This document shows, piece after piece, positions 9,323-19,975 of a stretch of 64,000 bases of DNA. This stretch comes from an uncultured Syntrophomonadaceae bacterium (GTDB taxonomy: Bacteria > Bacillota > Dethiobacteria > DTU022), in NCBI GenBank assembly GCA_964390725.1, contig CAYMIW010000008.1, positions 13,829-77,828 on the forward strand. Direction: 5' to 3'. Within the stretch, counting starts at the first letter, position 1. Each line of letters opens with the position of its first letter. The position numbers and the translations under genes were made by a program. A model generated the notes under the pieces. The model did not search any database and was not told the DNA's origin. It saw nothing but the letters and a program-made list of their open reading frames with translations.

Positions 9323-9334
9323 ATTGAATCACCC

Positions 9335-9874
9335 TTATAGATCCTGCAATCCTTCCGGGAGTTCGACCAGGACAAGATTTTTTTCCAGATTAACTTCTTT
9401 GATAATCTTTTTCACTGCCGGAACCAGGATATTCTTTTTCTGCTTTTGATCCGGTCTGACCTGCAGAAGATCATGCCCACCGGTTGTTATAACGTCTGAT
9501 ACAACACCAATGAATCGATTATCAACACTGTAAACATTTAAACCGACAAGCTGATCGTGATAAAAACTGCCTTCGGGCAACGGCAGCCGCTTTTCTTTGG
9601 GGATAATAAGCAATCTGCCCCCTATTGATGCCGCAGCTTCGCGGGTGTCGATCCCCTGGAACTTTATCAACCAGAAGCGCCCGTACTGTGCGCTTTGCTC
9701 GACTGAATAAGTTACTCTTCCTGCTTCATTGACCAAAGCTACCAAATCAAGAAGAGAAACCCTCTCCGGGTGATCCGAATACGGATATACTTTAACCATA
9801 CCGGTAACACCATGAGGCGATAAAACTCTGCCAACTGCTACCTCATCCTCTTCATTGAACAATTTCAACAACAA
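9335..9874 (-). CDS. rimM: 16S rRNA processing protein RimM
   Basis: [17 protein letters not shown]-terminus, followed by a PRC barrel region. Confidence 0.9.
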   Translation of the reverse strand: MLLKLFNEEDEVAVGRVLSPHGVTGMVKVYPYSDHPERVSLLDLVALVNEAGRVTYSVEQSAQYGRFWLIKFQGIDTREAAASIGGRLLIIPKEKRLPLPEGSFYHDQLVGLNVYSVDNRFIGVVSDVITTGGHDLLQVRPDQKQKKNILVPAVKKIIKEVNLEKNLVLVELPEGLQDL

Positions 9875-10091
9875 CCCGCTTGTTCTCTTTTACAGCAGCA
9901 GCATTGACAACAGTCCTGATTGCCTTGGCAATCCGTCCCTGTTTACCAATTACTTTCCCCATATCGTCCGGTGCCACTCTCAGCTCGAGAACAATTAATC
10001 TTTCGCTTTCAACCAGCTGTACGTCAACCTGATCGGGCTGATCAACCAGGGCTCTGGCAATTTGCTCTAAAAGTGTCTTCATTTTGACCAA
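9852..10091 (-). CDS. KH-domain RNA-binding protein (YlqC/UPF0109)
   Basis: 79 aa with the KH GxxG motif ([15 protein letters not shown]). Its conserved position is between rpsP and rimM. Confidence 0.85.
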   Translation of the reverse strand: MVKMKTLLEQIARALVDQPDQVDVQLVESERLIVLELRVAPDDMGKVIGKQGRIAKAIRTVVNAAAVKENKRVVVEIVQ

Positions 10092-10104
10092 CCTCCCTGA
10101 AGAA

Positions 10105-10350
10105 CTACTTACTCAGACCGGCTCTTTCAAAAAGCGCCTTAACGGTATCAGATGGTTTTGCTCCTTTGGCAAGCCACTGCTGAACTTTTTCGGCATTGAC
10201 TTCAAAAGTAGTCGGTTTGGTAGTAGGGTTATAATAACCAATTTCTTCGATGAAACGCCCATCACGCGGATAACGTGAATCAGCCACAACTACACGATAA
10301 AATGGCTTCTTTTTAGCTCCTACACGCTTTAATCTTATTCTAACTGCCAA
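10105..10350 (-). CDS. rpsP: 30S ribosomal protein S16
   Basis: [26 protein letters not shown] is a canonical S16 N-terminus. Confidence 0.95.
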   Translation of the reverse strand: MAVRIRLKRVGAKKKPFYRVVVADSRYPRDGRFIEEIGYYNPTTKPTTFEVNAEKVQQWLAKGAKPSDTVKALFERAGLSK

Positions 10351-10390
10351 TTAAATCACCTCCGTTTTTGTAATTTTATCTATGTTGTTC

Positions 10391-11740
10391 TTAAAAAGGA
10401 AAACCTTTCTTCCCCTTTTTAAGCTTTTTAAGAGCTCCTTTTTTCTCCAACGAACCCATTTGTTTAAACATTTTTTGCATTTGGCTGAATTGATTAAGAA
10501 GGCGATTTACATCCTGGACACTGGTACCGCTACCCCTGGCAATCCTGCGGCGGCGGCTGCTATTAATAATTGATGGTTCGACCCGTTCCACCGGGGTCAT
10601 CGATCCGATGATAGCCTCCACCCGCTTGAAATTATCTTCATTAAGTGACATCTGACGTACTTCCTTGGGTATTCCTCCACCACCCGGAAGCATATTAAAA
10701 ATATCCTCCAGGGAACCCATGTTCCGCAGTTGACCGAGTTGATCACGAAAATCATCAAGAGTAAATTGCTGCTTGCGCAGTTTTTGTTCCATTTCTTTTG
10801 CTTTTTCCTGATCAAATGATGCTTCTGCCTTTTCAATCAGTGATAGAACATCGCCCATACCTAAAATTCGCGAAGCCATCCTGTCAGGATGAAACAGCTC
10901 CAGGTTTTCAGTTTTTTCGCCTACACCGGCAAATTTAATTGGGCATCCCGTAACAGCACGAACTGATAAAGCCGCACCGCCTCTTGTGTCCCCGTCTAGT
11001 TTCGTCAGAATAACCCCACTTAATATAACAGCTTCATTAAACTCCTTAGCGGCGTTAACTGCATCCTGGCCAGTCATTGCATCGACAACCAGAAGAGTCT
11101 CGTTGGGTTCAACAACGCTTTTAATTTCTTTAATTTCTTCCATCATTTCGTCATCTATATGTAACCTGCCCGCAGTATCAAATATTACAGTATCGAAGCT
11201 TTCATTTTCTGCATGTTTTAAACCTAACCGGCATATTTCAACCGGATTCATTTCCTCACGGCTGAAAACCTCTTCTCCCACTGACTTACTTAACAGTTCC
11301 AACTGCTTTACTGCGCCCGGACGGTAGATATCAGCAGCAACCAGTAATGGTGTACGACCGTTGCGCCGTAAATAAGCGGCCAGTTTAACCGCGGTTGTAG
11401 TTTTGCCGGATCCCTGAAGACCAACCACCATGATCCTTGCCGGACTTTTTCCAGACAGGTTTAAGCCACTCTGCTTTTCTCCCATCAACCTGGCCATCTC
11501 TTCGTTGACTATTTTGACAACCTGCTGACCGGGAGTTAAACTGTTCATCACTTCGCTACCTATAGCCCTGCTGCGTACTGATGCTATAAAATCTTTTACC
11601 ACTTTAAAGTTTACATCGGCTTCGAGTAGAGCCAGGCGTATTTCGCGCATAGCTGTATCAACATCTTTTTCACCCAGCTTGCCCTTGCCTCTCAACTGCC
11701 GAAGTGTATTCTGTAATTTTTCAGCAAGATTATTAAACAT
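10391..11740 (-). CDS. ffh: Signal recognition particle protein Ffh
   Basis: N-terminal and GTPase domains (GLQGSGKTTT, DTAGR) and an M domain with a Met-rich C-terminus. Confidence 0.95.
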   Translation of the reverse strand: MFNNLAEKLQNTLRQLRGKGKLGEKDVDTAMREIRLALLEADVNFKVVKDFIASVRSRAIGSEVMNSLTPGQQVVKIVNEEMARLMGEKQSGLNLSGKSPARIMVVGLQGSGKTTTAVKLAAYLRRNGRTPLLVAADIYRPGAVKQLELLSKSVGEEVFSREEMNPVEICRLGLKHAENESFDTVIFDTAGRLHIDDEMMEEIKEIKSVVEPNETLLVVDAMTGQDAVNAAKEFNEAVILSGVILTKLDGDTRGGAALSVRAVTGCPIKFAGVGEKTENLELFHPDRMASRILGMGDVLSLIEKAEASFDQEKAKEMEQKLRKQQFTLDDFRDQLGQLRNMGSLEDIFNMLPGGGGIPKEVRQMSLNEDNFKRVEAIIGSMTPVERVEPSIINSSRRRRIARGSGTSVQDVNRLLNQFSQMQKMFKQMGSLEKKGALKKLKKGKKGFPF

Positions 11741-11753
11741 TTTCCAGTTGCCT

Positions 11754-12101
11754 CTATCTTTCAGTGGTTATTCTTATTTTTTCTATTACATCTTTCAACC
11801 CGGCCAGATCAGCATGAGTAAGATGATCCTGTTGTAATATCTCTTCTGCTTGAGATAAAAGCTTTTGCTGCTCTACAAACAGTGCACAGTATCCCAGTTT
11901 ATTCTCAATATTTTCCAGAGATCGAACTGCACGCCGGATTAGATCATGAACTGCCTGTCTGCTGATCCGATAGTCTTCAGCTATTTCCCCGAGGGAATAG
12001 TTATCGCTGAAATAAAGACGCAACACTTCCCTCTGCCTTTCAGTCAATAGTGAAGCATAAAAATCATAGAGCAGGTTAACCCTGTTATATTGATCCAGCA
12101 T
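11754..12101 (-). CDS. ylxM: YlxM/UPF0122 putative helix-turn-helix protein preceding ffh
   Basis: 115 aa. LTERQREVLRLYFSDNYSLGEIAEDYRISRQAV resembles sigma-70 region 4. It sits in the conserved position upstream of ffh. Confidence 0.85.
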   Translation of the reverse strand: MLDQYNRVNLLYDFYASLLTERQREVLRLYFSDNYSLGEIAEDYRISRQAVHDLIRRAVRSLENIENKLGYCALFVEQQKLLSQAEEILQQDHLTHADLAGLKDVIEKIRITTER

Positions 12102-12295
12102 AGCTTCTCCTGTAAAGTAATTATCCTTTACAGACGCATTATACCAGACCCCAGTCGATTTAGCAACTCACAGAATGCTGTCCCTATTGTATGAAATTTT
12201 AAGTACTTATTGTATTTATTAACATATAGTAGTAATATTAGGTAATTACTGTATTACTATTCTCTCAATACTTTATTATCAAAGGAGGTACTTAG

Positions 12296-12733
12296 ATGAC
12301 TGAAAGCGAAGCTGCAGTAAGTAGCCAGGAAGTTGGTGTTGGATTGCGCCTGGTCGGAATTATCATTGATGGTATCGTTCTTGGAATTATTGGCTATTTA
12401 ATAGCTGCAGTAACAGGAAGTACAACAACCGGAGGCTTTGAGCTAACCGGTGGACCGGCATTTATCTTCTATTTGCTGGGTTTTATTTATTATATTTTGA
12501 TGGAGACATACGTAGGCGGTACTTTAGGTAAACTTGCCCTGGGAATGCGGGTTCGTATGGAAGATGGCAGCTCTTGTTCCTTGAGCGCATCCTTAATCCG
12601 CAACATCCTGCGCATTGTTGATGCACTGCCAGGGATCATTCCTTACCTGCTAGGAGCAATATTTATATGGACTTCTCCAAGGAAACAGCGCCTTGGAGAC
12701 AAGTTGGCAAAAACAGTTGTGGTCAAAAAATAA
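12296..12733 (+). CDS. RDD-family membrane protein
   Basis: 145 aa with TM helices and the RLGDKLAKTVVVKK RDD C-terminal signature. AAAGGAGG RBS is present. Confidence 0.75.
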   Translation: MTESEAAVSSQEVGVGLRLVGIIIDGIVLGIIGYLIAAVTGSTTTGGFELTGGPAFIFYLLGFIYYILMETYVGGTLGKLALGMRVRMEDGSSCSLSASLIRNILRIVDALPGIIPYLLGAIFIWTSPRKQRLGDKLAKTVVVKK

Positions 12734-12779
12734 ATACTGCTATACGAATAAAACCATAAATTGTGTCTGATTGAAATTA

Positions 12780-12803
12780 CCCCCCCTTAACCAGGGGGGT
12801 TTT
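12780..12803. terminator. Bidirectional rho-independent terminator hairpin (CCCCCC-TTAACCA-GGGGGG-TTTT) between the convergent RDD and ftsY genes
   Basis: 6-bp GC-only stem with a 7-nt loop. It is flanked by an A-tract 5' and a T-tract 3'. It abuts the ftsY stop codon. Confidence 0.7.
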
Positions 12804-13713
12804 ATATCTTTTCAAGAAGTGCTTCTGCAAACAGGGCTGGATCAAAAGGAGCGAGATCATCAATCTTTTCACCGGTGCCGATATAACAAACCGGAATTCC
12901 AAGTTTATCCTGGATACCGATAATTATTCCACCACGAGCAGTACCATCCAGCTTTGTAAGGACAAGCCCATTCAAAGGAAGAGACTTGTTAAAATTTTCT
13001 GCCTGGGCCAGGGCGTTTTGGCCAGTTGTTGCATCAACTACCAGCATAACCTGATGTGGTGCACCGGGCATAGTCCGGTCTATAACACGGTAAATTTTAT
13101 TTAATTCTTCCATCAGGTTATATTTATTGTGCAAGCGACCGGCAGTGTCACCGATAAGAACATCCACATTCCTCGCCCTGGCTGAATTAACAGCATCAAA
13201 ATAAAGGGCGGAAGGGTCGGTGCCACTTTGTTGCTTAATAATATCCGCCCCACTTCTTTCTGCCCAAACCTCTAGTTGTTCAACAGCTGCTGCCCTAAAT
13301 GTATCACCGGCAACAAGCATTACTTTCTCACCCCTGGAACTGTAATGGTGAGCCAGTTTGCCGGCAGTTGTTGTTTTTCCGGATCCGTTTACCCCTACGA
13401 GAAGAATAACATAGGGTTTCTGGTTCAATCTGAGCGGAGGTTGAGTTTCTGAGAGCAATGCCTTGATATTATCTTTAAAGAGGGTTCCGAATTCATCCCT
13501 GTTTTTAATTTTACTGCAGGCAACCTTTTCTTTAAGCTGTTCAATAATTTTCATACTGGTTTCAATGCCCACATCGCCTGTTACCAAGATCTCCTCAAGC
13601 TCTTCATAAAATTTTTGATCGAGCTCACCATCTTTTAAAATAGCGTCCAGGCGGCTAATAAAACCATTTTTACTACGAGATAGACCGTTTTTAAATTTAT
13701 CTATCAGGCTCAT
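12802..13713 (-). CDS. ftsY: Signal recognition particle receptor FtsY
   Basis: 303 aa with the NG domain motifs GVNGSGKTTT and DTAGR. Confidence 0.93.
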   Translation of the reverse strand: MSLIDKFKNGLSRSKNGFISRLDAILKDGELDQKFYEELEEILVTGDVGIETSMKIIEQLKEKVACSKIKNRDEFGTLFKDNIKALLSETQPPLRLNQKPYVILLVGVNGSGKTTTAGKLAHHYSSRGEKVMLVAGDTFRAAAVEQLEVWAERSGADIIKQQSGTDPSALYFDAVNSARARNVDVLIGDTAGRLHNKYNLMEELNKIYRVIDRTMPGAPHQVMLVVDATTGQNALAQAENFNKSLPLNGLVLTKLDGTARGGIIIGIQDKLGIPVCYIGTGEKIDDLAPFDPALFAEALLEKI

Positions 13714-13719
13714 CTTTGT

Positions 13720-16700
13720 TTATTTCTCCCCTGCGACCAGATTATCTTCAAGTTTAATAGAAACCAGGCGTGAAACTCCGGGTTCGGGCATTGTCACACC
13801 ATAAAGAACTTCTGACTCTTCCATAGTTCTTTTTCGGTGAGTGATCAGGATAAACTGGGCATCTTCAGCATTATCTTTCAGAAACCCTGTGAAACGGGTA
13901 AGGTTGGCATCGTCTAGCATCGATTCGACTTCATCAAGCAAATAAAATGGCGCTGGTTTAAAGCGCAATATTGCAAATACAAGAGCAATCGCAATCAGCA
14001 CTTTTTCTCCCCCGGAAAATAAGGTAATATTCTGCAGTTTTTTACCTGGGGGCTGGGCAATTATTTCAATCCCGGATTCAAGAATATTACTTTCATCGGT
14101 TAATTTTAGCGATACCTTTCCACCCTGAAACAACGACTGAAATGTATTATTAAAGTTTTCGTTAATCTGGTCGAAAGCCCGGTTAAAAAAATACTCCATT
14201 CGCTGATCAATTTCAGCGAGAACTCTATTTAGTGATGCTTCTCCTTTTAATAAATCTTCTTTCTGTTCCTCCAGGAAGCTAATTCTCTCTTCCAACCTGG
14301 ATAATTCCTCAATTGCTCCAAGATTAACCTCACCAAGAGCATCCAAATCCTCTTTCAGGTTCTCAATCTCCATTTTACCTGTCTCTGGATTATATTCATC
14401 CTCAAGGTCAAGAACTACTAGAGTTTTAAATAGTTCCCTGAACCTGATCTCCTGGTAATTAACCTCGGTTTGTAATCTTGTCTGTTCAACTGAAAGCTGC
14501 CGTTCCCGTTTTTCACGCCTTGACAGCTGAGTCTGCCTGCGCCGTTCATCTTCTTCCATCTCAATCAAAGCTGCTTCTGTTTGATCAACCTCTTCAACAA
14601 TTTTTTCCAAAGTAATAATAAGCTCGGCTCTCTGGTCATTCAAACCCTCAAGTTTGTCAGACAGCTCCTGCTGTAGTGTTTTATTGTCTGCCAAATCCTT
14701 GTTGTATTTAAGAGTTGCTCTTTCTTTTTCGGCTTTTTCATCGTTTGGCTTAATAAGATTTTCTTCAAGCTCAGAGATCCTGGCTTTTAATGATTCCCGT
14801 TGTTCCCTGCAGGAACTAATTTGCACCAGTGTGTCTGTTATCGACTGTTCCAGTTTATTTTTCTCATCAAGAAACTGACGATGGTCATGTTTTAATGCTT
14901 CAAGATTTTCTTCAAGATCGCTCGATTTTTTCTTGCTATTTTCAATCTCTGACCTGTATTTGTCCAACCTATCTCTAATTTCATCTACCTCGCTGCTTAA
15001 TTCTGAGCGAGTTTGGATTTCCTCTGTAATTTTAGCTTCTATTGTTTCTTTTTCAATAACAGAGCGCTCCATATCGCGCTTTACTAAAGATATATTTTCT
15101 GTAATTTTATTGTTTTCACCCGCTATGCTGTTGAAATCATTCTGCATTTTTTCCAATTCGTCTTTTATGTTTAAAACAATCCCTGAAACTTCTTTATATT
15201 GTTTTTCAAGCAATGCATGATCCTTCTGCAGTTCTTCAATTTCCCTGCGCCTGCCCAGTGGCATACCGGCGTTCCTCTTTGGCAGACTTCCACCCCGCAT
15301 GACACCACCCGGGTTAATCATTTCTCCGTCCAGAGTTACTACTTTGCAGCTATAACTGACAAATCGAGCTGCTTTTGAAGCATCTTCGAGAGAGCGGCAG
15401 ATTAAAACAGACGAAAGCAAATAATCTACCGCCTTGCAGTAAGATTGATCTACCTTAACCAGTTCAGATGCTTTACCTATTACACCTTTTAAGTCACGCC
15501 AACCGGGATATCTCTCCAGGGGACTGGCAGGATGGTGAAGAATATCGAGGGGTAAAAATGTTGCCCAACCTTTGTTCTGTTCCTTCAGGTATTTAATAGC
15601 ACCCTGTACATCTTTTTCTGTTTTAGCTACCAGGTACTGCATGCTTGACCCCAGGGCAGATTCTATGGCCTGAACGTGTTCGCTTTCAACTTTGATCAGA
15701 TCAGCTACAGGCCCGACAATACCCGGTGCCCGGGGTCCTGCCTGCACTATTTCTTTAACTCCGCGGTAATAACCGGTTAGGGCAGCATCCTGTTCTTTTA
15801 AAAGATTCAATCTCCCTGAAACACTGTTTAGCTTTTCTCTTATTTTTTGTTCATAGTCTATTTGTTCGGTCAATTTATCACTAAGAGCTTCCTGGCCGGT
15901 TTTATTTCTCTTTATCGCCTCTTCGCCTTCAACCAGGGATTCCTGCAATTGTTTGATCTTCATTTCCAGGGTATCTATGTTTGCAGTGTAACTTTTTTGT
16001 TTCTCTTTAAGCTTATTTTCTTCAAGCTGCGTATTCTTCAACTGCTCCTGCAAGCGCTCCAGATGCCGGCTTAGTTCAGTTACCGTTACTGTAGCCGCTG
16101 CACGATGAGCTTCTGCTTTATATATATCTTCCTGCAATCGTTCAATTTTGTTGGCAGCCTCACTCTGTTCCAGCATATGCAACCGTTCACGCTGCTGTTT
16201 TAAAATTTCTTCTAAGCTGCTGTACTCATTATTTTTTACCAGCAAATCATCTTCAGCGCGGGATCTACGCTCAACTATATCCGCCTTGATTTGATCCAGC
16301 TGCTTTATTCGGTTTGCATTCTGGTCCAACTGCTCTTTGTAGTGAAGCTCGCGCTCCCTGAGCAGCTTCAGTTCACTCTCCTGTTGTTCATAATAACGAA
16401 CCAGTTGATTTAATTTTTGTTCCTCTTCTTTTTTCACGGTTTTATTGTCAGCCAGGTTATTCTTCAAATCCTGCAGCGCTTTTTCCTGCTGACCTCTTTT
16501 GGATGCCGAGCTTAAGAGGGCATCGTTAACTGATTGGAGCTGTCGGTTAACTTTATCAAGCTGTTCGCGTGTTTGTATGAGTTGGAATGATAATAGCTTT
16601 TTTTCTTCCCCTTCAACCTGCTGCTGCAAACGTCTGTATTCTCTTGTTACCTCAGCCTGTTCCTGGAGCGGTTCTATTTGTGTTCCCAGTTCATAGACAA

Positions 16701-17280
16701 GATCCTGGACCCTGATTAAGTTATCCCGAGTTTCATCAAGACGGCGCCTGGCTTCTTTTTTGCGCATCTTGTACTTTAATATACCGGCAGCCTCTTCAAA
16801 TATTTCCCGTCTTTCTTCAGGGCGGCTATTAATTATTTCATCTACCCGCCCCTGGCCAATTACTGAATATACCTCTTTGCCAATCCCGGTATCCATAAAC
16901 ATTTCAGTTATATCTTTTAAACGACATGGAGTTTTATTGATGTAGTACTCACTATCCCCGTTTCGGAATAGACGCCTGGTAATAGTGACTTCATCATAAT
17001 CAAGATTCAGGTAATCTGCAGCGCCGCCAAAGGTGAGCGACACTTCAGCAAAATTCAGCGGTTTGCGACTATCGCTGCCGGAAAAAATTATCTCTTCCAT
17101 GCGTGAACCACGCAGCGATTTAACACTCTGTTCTCCAAGTGCCCAGCGAACAGCATCAACTATATTACTCTTACCGCAACCGTTTGGCCCGATAATTGCT
17201 GATATGCCTTCGCCAAGGATCAGTTCTGATTTCTCAGCAAAAGATTTAAAACCATAAAGCTCCATACTTTTTAAATGCAA
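13720..17280 (-). CDS. smc: Chromosome segregation protein SMC
   Basis: 1186 aa. Walker A GPNGCGKSN at the N-terminus, long coiled coils, a hinge, and the C-terminal LSGGEK signature and Walker B. Confidence 0.95.
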   Translation of the reverse strand: MHLKSMELYGFKSFAEKSELILGEGISAIIGPNGCGKSNIVDAVRWALGEQSVKSLRGSRMEEIIFSGSDSRKPLNFAEVSLTFGGAADYLNLDYDEVTITRRLFRNGDSEYYINKTPCRLKDITEMFMDTGIGKEVYSVIGQGRVDEIINSRPEERREIFEEAAGILKYKMRKKEARRRLDETRDNLIRVQDLVYELGTQIEPLQEQAEVTREYRRLQQQVEGEEKKLLSFQLIQTREQLDKVNRQLQSVNDALLSSASKRGQQEKALQDLKNNLADNKTVKKEEEQKLNQLVRYYEQQESELKLLRERELHYKEQLDQNANRIKQLDQIKADIVERRSRAEDDLLVKNNEYSSLEEILKQQRERLHMLEQSEAANKIERLQEDIYKAEAHRAAATVTVTELSRHLERLQEQLKNTQLEENKLKEKQKSYTANIDTLEMKIKQLQESLVEGEEAIKRNKTGQEALSDKLTEQIDYEQKIREKLNSVSGRLNLLKEQDAALTGYYRGVKEIVQAGPRAPGIVGPVADLIKVESEHVQAIESALGSSMQYLVAKTEKDVQGAIKYLKEQNKGWATFLPLDILHHPASPLERYPGWRDLKGVIGKASELVKVDQSYCKAVDYLLSSVLICRSLEDASKAARFVSYSCKVVTLDGEMINPGGVMRGGSLPKRNAGMPLGRRREIEELQKDHALLEKQYKEVSGIVLNIKDELEKMQNDFNSIAGENNKITENISLVKRDMERSVIEKETIEAKITEEIQTRSELSSEVDEIRDRLDKYRSEIENSKKKSSDLEENLEALKHDHRQFLDEKNKLEQSITDTLVQISSCREQRESLKARISELEENLIKPNDEKAEKERATLKYNKDLADNKTLQQELSDKLEGLNDQRAELIITLEKIVEEVDQTEAALIEMEEDERRRQTQLSRREKRERQLSVEQTRLQTEVNYQEIRFRELFKTLVVLDLEDEYNPETGKMEIENLKEDLDALGEVNLGAIEELSRLEERISFLEEQKEDLLKGEASLNRVLAEIDQRMEYFFNRAFDQINENFNNTFQSLFQGGKVSLKLTDESNILESGIEIIAQPPGKKLQNITLFSGGEKVLIAIALVFAILRFKPAPFYLLDEVESMLDDANLTRFTGFLKDNAEDAQFILITHRKRTMEESEVLYGVTMPEPGVSRLVSIKLEDNLVAGEK

Positions 17281-17321
17281 TTGCCATGCTCCTCACTGAT
17301 TAAACATAACAGTTAATATGT

Positions 17322-18035
17322 TTAAGGCGTTAACTTGCCCCACGCTTCTTTTGCCGCTCCCTGCTCCGCTTCTTTTTTACTGTGTCCTTTACCGCGACCA
17401 ACAACATCATCAACGATGATAACTTCTGCTTCAAATATTTTGTTATGATCGGGACCGCTTTCATTAATAATGCGATAGACTGGCGTTTTTAAAAACCTGG
17501 CCTGGGAAAATTCTTGTAAAAGAGTCTTATAGTCTCTTCTGAGAACCCCTTCCTGCAGTTCGATCAGGACAGGCTGAAATAATCCGAGGACATGTATCCT
17601 GCACTGTTCAAGGCCAAGATCGAGATAAAGAGCCCCGATCAAGGCCTCAACAGCGTCACTTAACAGTGAAGGTCTGCTTGCTCCCCCACCAACTATTTCA
17701 CCACGTCCCAGTCGGATAAACTTTCCCAGGTTAATCCTGTATGCTAACCTGGCCAGGGAAGCTTCACATACAAGATCAGCTCTGAGTTTGGTTAACTTCC
17801 CTTCTGGAAGTTGTGGGTATTGTTCATAAAGATAATCACTGATTACCAATTCCAGGACAGCATCGCCCAGGAACTCAAGCCTTTCATTATTAGCCCTCCG
17901 ATGTCCTTTTTCGTGAGCATAAGAACTATGGGTCAATGCTTGTTCATATAATAAATAATTATTCCCGTTCCATCCCAGTTCCAGTAAAAATTGCTTCACT
18001 TTTTCAGACCAAATCATCCGGGTTCCCTTCTGCAT
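17322..18035 (-). CDS. rnc: Ribonuclease III
   Basis: ERLEFLGDAVLEL RNase III signature and a C-terminal dsRBD. Confidence 0.93.
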   Translation of the reverse strand: MQKGTRMIWSEKVKQFLLELGWNGNNYLLYEQALTHSSYAHEKGHRRANNERLEFLGDAVLELVISDYLYEQYPQLPEGKLTKLRADLVCEASLARLAYRINLGKFIRLGRGEIVGGGASRPSLLSDAVEALIGALYLDLGLEQCRIHVLGLFQPVLIELQEGVLRRDYKTLLQEFSQARFLKTPVYRIINESGPDHNKIFEAEVIIVDDVVGRGKGHSKKEAEQGAAKEAWGKLTP

Positions 18036-18393
18036 AATTCAGTTAATTTGAAATTACACTTTGCCTGTATTATTACAGTCCAGGTATTCTGAGTCATCAC
18101 TAACGGTAATAACCTCTCAATTTGCCTGGTTTTTATTAGCAGTACATGAGCCAGGCCTGCATTAAATCAGGCCTGTATTGTAATATATAACCTGCCAATT
18201 AAAAAATAATTTCTTCGGCATGTTCATTACCATCAACACCTTGCACCCCAAGGTGAAAGATACTGACAGGCTCTTCCGAATTCTCAGTTGAAACGGAAAT
18301 GCCTTTCCTTCCCCCAGCTCTGTATAGTCAGAAGATGTTTTCGCACTGATGGTATTGATTGATGCTTTTTTCACTATCTCACCCCGGCTGATA

Positions 18394-18621
18394 TTATGCT
18401 TTTGACTCAATATATCTCACAACATCGCCAATAGTTTTGATATTCTCTATCTCCTGATCGGATATCTCAAGATCAAACTCTTCTTCAAGAGCCATCACCA
18501 GTTCAACTATATCCAATGAATCAGCATCAATATCTTCAAAAGTTGTATCAAGGGTTAATTTATCAATACTAACTTCAAGTTGATCTACGACAATATTTTT
18601 AACCTTGCTTTCAACGCTCAC
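18394..18621 (-). CDS. acpP: Acyl carrier protein
   Basis: 75 aa with the [20 protein letters not shown] phosphopantetheine attachment motif. GTG start is preceded by GGGAGGTG. Confidence 0.92.
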   Translation of the reverse strand: MSVESKVKNIVVDQLEVSIDKLTLDTTFEDIDADSLDIVELVMALEEEFDLEISDQEIENIKTIGDVVRYIESKA

Positions 18622-18862
18622 TAAATCACCTCCCTTGCAATAGTTTTCCTTACTGTATTCAACTGTTTCAGTTTATCATATTATCATTTATGGATCATCA
18701 ATAGGTTACCTTTAATTCACTACTAACCTGTTATGATTGACCTCACCGGTCTACATTAATAAATAGTATATCAATTCTCCTCAAATGATCAATACAGGGC
18801 AGACCTGTTTAAAAAATACCTTTATCTAATCCGACAAATCACACCGGTAACCGTACAATAAT

Positions 18863-19903
18863 TTATTCCCCTGTATCAACCTTTGTTGTAATTGCAATGT
18901 CACACAGAGAGCGCTGAAGTAAATCTGCTACTTTTTTCTTTACAAATGGGTGCGCCTGTCTGATTAATGCCTGTTCTATTGATCTTGCTTTTGATGAACC
19001 ATGACATTTTATGCACAAACCATTAACCCCAAGCAGCGGTGCCCCTCCGTAACCGGAAGAATCAACTTTTTGAAGCAGGCCTAAAAAAACAGGTTGTAAA
19101 AGATAAGCACCCAGTTTATAGCGCAGTTTTGTCTTTATCCCGCTTCTGAAATAATTTAGGATAGCCCGGGAAAGCCCTTCAGAAGTTTTAAGAAATATAT
19201 TGCCAACAAAACCATCGCATACAACAACATCTGCCGTATTATAAAATGCATCAGTCCCTTCAATATTTCCACAAAAGCCAGGAAGATGTTTTTCCAGTAA
19301 CGGATATGCTTTTTTTACCTGTGCATTACCCTTATTCGACTCCGTGCCAATATTTAATAAGCCAACCCTCGGTTCCTTTATTCCTAGAACCTGCTGAGCA
19401 TAAAGCCTGCCCATAAAAGCATACTGCAGGAGTTGTTCTGAACTGGCATCCATGTTTGCCCCGACATCAAGGAATAGGACCGGTTGTCCGCCAAAACTCG
19501 GCATTGGCGTAAGTAAAGCCGGTCTGCTGATTCCTTCTACCCTGCCCAAAAATAACAGGCTAGCTGCCATCAAAGCTCCTGTATTCCCGGCGCTTAATGC
19601 AGCGTCCGCGTACCCGGAGGAAACCATTTGAATGGTTTTAACCATTGAAGAATTTTTTTTCCTGCGTATTGATAGTCCGGGATCATCATCATTCTCAATC
19701 ACTTCATCGGTATGAACTGTATCAATACGATCTGCAGGATAATCTTCTTTTTCAAGGATTGAATTTATTTTTTTCAGATCACCGATCAGGACAAGATTTA
19801 GATCTTCTAACGAAGAAAGCGCCGATAATGCGCCCCTGACTATTTCTTCGGGCGCGTTATCACCGCCCATTGCATCAACTGCCACCTTAACCAAGTTCAT
19901 CAC
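18863..19903 (-). CDS. plsX: Phosphate acyltransferase PlsX
   Basis: VAVDAMGGDNAPEEIV N-terminus, 346 aa. Confidence 0.93.
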   Translation of the reverse strand: MMNLVKVAVDAMGGDNAPEEIVRGALSALSSLEDLNLVLIGDLKKINSILEKEDYPADRIDTVHTDEVIENDDDPGLSIRRKKNSSMVKTIQMVSSGYADAALSAGNTGALMAASLLFLGRVEGISRPALLTPMPSFGGQPVLFLDVGANMDASSEQLLQYAFMGRLYAQQVLGIKEPRVGLLNIGTESNKGNAQVKKAYPLLEKHLPGFCGNIEGTDAFYNTADVVVCDGFVGNIFLKTSEGLSRAILNYFRSGIKTKLRYKLGAYLLQPVFLGLLQKVDSSGYGGAPLLGVNGLCIKCHGSSKARSIEQALIRQAHPFVKKKVADLLQRSLCDIAITTKVDTGE

Positions 19904-19931
19904 TTCCCTAAAGCCGGTATTCCGACAGATA

Positions 19932-19970
19932 CAGTACGCCCCTTATACTTACGTTATAAGGGGCGTACTG
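19932..19970 (-). other. Perfect 14-bp inverted repeat (CAGTACGCCCCTTA / TAAGGGGCGTACTG, 11-nt loop) between rpmF and plsX. RNA hairpin without a U-tract.
   Basis: Seen directly in the sequence. It lies 6 nt after the rpmF stop and 28 nt before the plsX start. Confidence 0.6.
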
Positions 19971-19975
19971 AACAA

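Noticed and set aside
18162-18410. 82-aa minus-strand ORF in the acpP-rnc gap
   Set aside because: It overlaps the 3' end of acpP and has no RBS or homology. The gap is treated as non-coding.
19932-19970. FapR box at the rpmF-plsX junction
   Set aside because: The AGTAC / GTACT half-sites are 29 nt apart, not adjacent as in the FapR operator. No fapR gene is present in the cluster.
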